DNA from: Clostridia bacterium
GTDB lineage: Bacteria > Bacillota > Clostridia > Oscillospirales > CAG-382
Direction: 5' to 3'
Assembly (NCBI GenBank): GCA_017531625.1
Contig: JAFXKQ010000058.1
Span: 1-36,890, forward strand
DNA length: 36,890 nucleotides
Part shown: one piece after another, positions 35,444 through 36,890 of the stretch
Position numbering within the stretch: the first letter of the stretch is position 1
Layout of the letters: every line of letters starts with the position of its first letter
Program-made: the position numbers and the translations under genes
The notes under the pieces: model-generated
Told to the model about the DNA's origin: nothing
The model's input: only the letters and a program-made list of their open reading frames with translations
Database searches by the model: none

Positions 35444-35578
35444 AACACTTGCCTCTCCTCTGACTCACAGAGCAGAGCAAGCAACGCCTTTCTGTCCTTG
35501 CGGGCTGGATTTTAAAATAAAACTTCAAAAAACTATGTAAAACCTTTGTCTTGAATTAAAGATCGCATTAAGCGGTAA

Positions 35579-36073
35579 TTACTTTTTAGCCTGTTCCTTC
35601 AAAAGATCTCTTATCTCTGCAAGAACTGCAGCATTTTTCTCCTCGATAGTAGGTTCAGCAGGAGCCGCTTCCTCTGCGGGAGCTTCTTCTTCCTTCTTCT
35701 TGAGTGCCTCAAGATTCTTTCTGAAATTCATAGCAGTCTTGATGACAACGAAAAGACACAAAGCGATGATAATAAAATCAATAATGTGCTGAATAAATGC
35801 GCCATACTTAACTGCAACCTCAGCCACCTCTGCAACTCCGTTAGCCTCGTCGGCGGGAACAGCCTCGGTGATAACCCATTTAAGGTCGGAAATGCTCTTT
35901 GTGCCGATTATCTTACCTACGATAGGCATAATGATGTCGGCAACGAGGGAGTTTACAATGTCCTTGAACGCACCGCCAACGATAACGCCGACAGCCATGT
36001 CAATGATGCTACCCTTGGAAATGAACTCCTTAAACTCTGTGAAGAAGCCCTTCTTGTTCTTATCCTTCGCCAT
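35579..36073 (-). CDS. mscL: Large-conductance mechanosensitive channel
   Basis: EFKEFISKGSIIDMAVGVIVGGAF, YGAFI, LAEIRDLL. Confidence 0.96.
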   Translation of the reverse strand: MAKDKNKKGFFTEFKEFISKGSIIDMAVGVIVGGAFKDIVNSLVADIIMPIVGKIIGTKSISDLKWVITEAVPADEANGVAEVAEVAVKYGAFIQHIIDFIIIALCLFVVIKTAMNFRKNLEALKKKEEEAPAEEAAPAEPTIEEKNAAVLAEIRDLLKEQAKK

Positions 36074-36123
36074 AATTGTTATCCTTTCTTTTTACAAAAA
36101 TCCTTTGAACCACTTCAAAGCTC

Positions 36124-36152
36124 AGTATAGCATTACCTTGCTTTTTTGTCAA
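36124..36152 (-). promoter_or_regulatory. Sigma-A promoter of mscL
   Basis: TTGACA-N17-TATACT with extended -10 TG. Confidence 0.8.
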
Positions 36153-36220
36153 GAAATTTTCACTGCCTGAGGCACGGCCCATTACAGCCGTTCCGCCCCT
36201 TTGAACCAAGCCGTACGGTC

Positions 36221-36260
36221 TTAGGTCAAAGGGAGTAAAGCTTTACGCCCCTTGACCTAA
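36221..36260. terminator. Stem-loop downstream of the DUF1858 gene
   Basis: TTAGGTCAAAGGGAGTAAAG/CTTTACGCCCCTTGACCTAA. Confidence 0.6.
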
Positions 36261-36271
36261 AAAGCTTTTAC

Positions 36272-36469
36272 TTACTGACCGATTTCCGCCTTGATCTTTG
36301 CGAGGAGAGCGTCTGCGTCTGCGCCGTGTACCATGCAAGCCTGTTCGAGTGTTTCGCTTCTTGCAGAAGGACAGCCGAGGCAATGCATCCCGATTTCAAA
36401 GAAATACTTTGCGGTTTCGGGATAGCTCTCAAGAATCTGACCGATAAAACTGTTTTTCGTAACTTCCAT
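36272..36469 (-). CDS. DUF1858 domain protein
   Basis: GMHCLGCPSARSETLEQACMVHG. ATG 36469 follows RBS AAGGAG. Confidence 0.9.
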   Translation of the reverse strand: MEVTKNSFIGQILESYPETAKYFFEIGMHCLGCPSARSETLEQACMVHGADADALLAKIKAEIGQ

Positions 36470-36553
36470 TGTGTTTTTCTCCTTTATCGAATTATTTTTT
36501 AACAACTTAATCTTATTTTTAAGCAACTTAACCGTTTTAATTGATTATTATGC

Positions 36554-36890
36554 TTAATCGTTTTTCACCGTGTTTTCGGGGGAATAAGTGTACCTGTCCG
36601 TTTCGGAACGGGAAGTTTTTTTTGTGAGCTCTGTCACAATGAGTATTATTTGCAAAACCACAAATAAGGATACAGGGCACAGCAAGGCCGAAAGAACGAG
36701 TCTTCCGCTGATGGGAGCAAATCCAAACGCATTGCTGAACCTGGAAACGTATAAAAGCAACGCCGTTACCGCACAAACGCCGCCTACGGCTAAAAGAATA
36801 AAGCGGTTTTTGAGTGCTGAGGAATAAATAACACTGCGTTTTTCAACCCCTATGCAAAGGTAAGCGAGCAAAACCGCCGCCATGCAGATA
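36554..36890 (-). CDS. Membrane protein, probably 5'-truncated by the window edge
   Basis: Hydrophobic ORF whose frame stays open to the end of the window. Confidence 0.6.
   Translation of the reverse strand, partial: ICMAAVLLAYLCIGVEKRSVIYSSALKNRFILLAVGGVCAVTALLLYVSRFSNAFGFAPISGRLVLSALLCPVSLFVVLQIILIVTELTKKTSRSETDRYTYSPENTVKND

Noticed and set aside
33872-35515. Plus-strand ORFs of 233 and 309 aa
   Set aside because: Antisense shadows of thrS.

Overview
Chromosomal segment of a spore-forming clostridial-type Firmicute (inferred from gene content). Core genes include lysS, greA, an S41 protease, an M23 peptidase, ftsX, ftsE, a CdaR/PucR regulator, a DUF1292 gene, 6S RNA, ylbJ/yqfC/yqfD, two MATE transporters, thrS and mscL. 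There is a 12-kb starch/maltodextrin locus with four lipoproteins, a MalFG permease pair and an unusually long MsmX ATPase. The most notable feature is at the 3' end of lysS. A 722-bp, integrase-free, one-gene element is bounded by two synonymous copies of the lysS tail (PTMKPLD*) and carries ordered arm-type and 10-bp-phased repeats. What looks like a second, related element follows immediately, suggesting a tandem array of site-specific mini-cassettes. A second one-gene insertion appears to split and rebuild the 6S RNA terminator, and a roughly 270-bp hairpin-rich element with inverted ends lies upstream of the pullulanase. All calls come from reading the sequence by eye; no searches were run.
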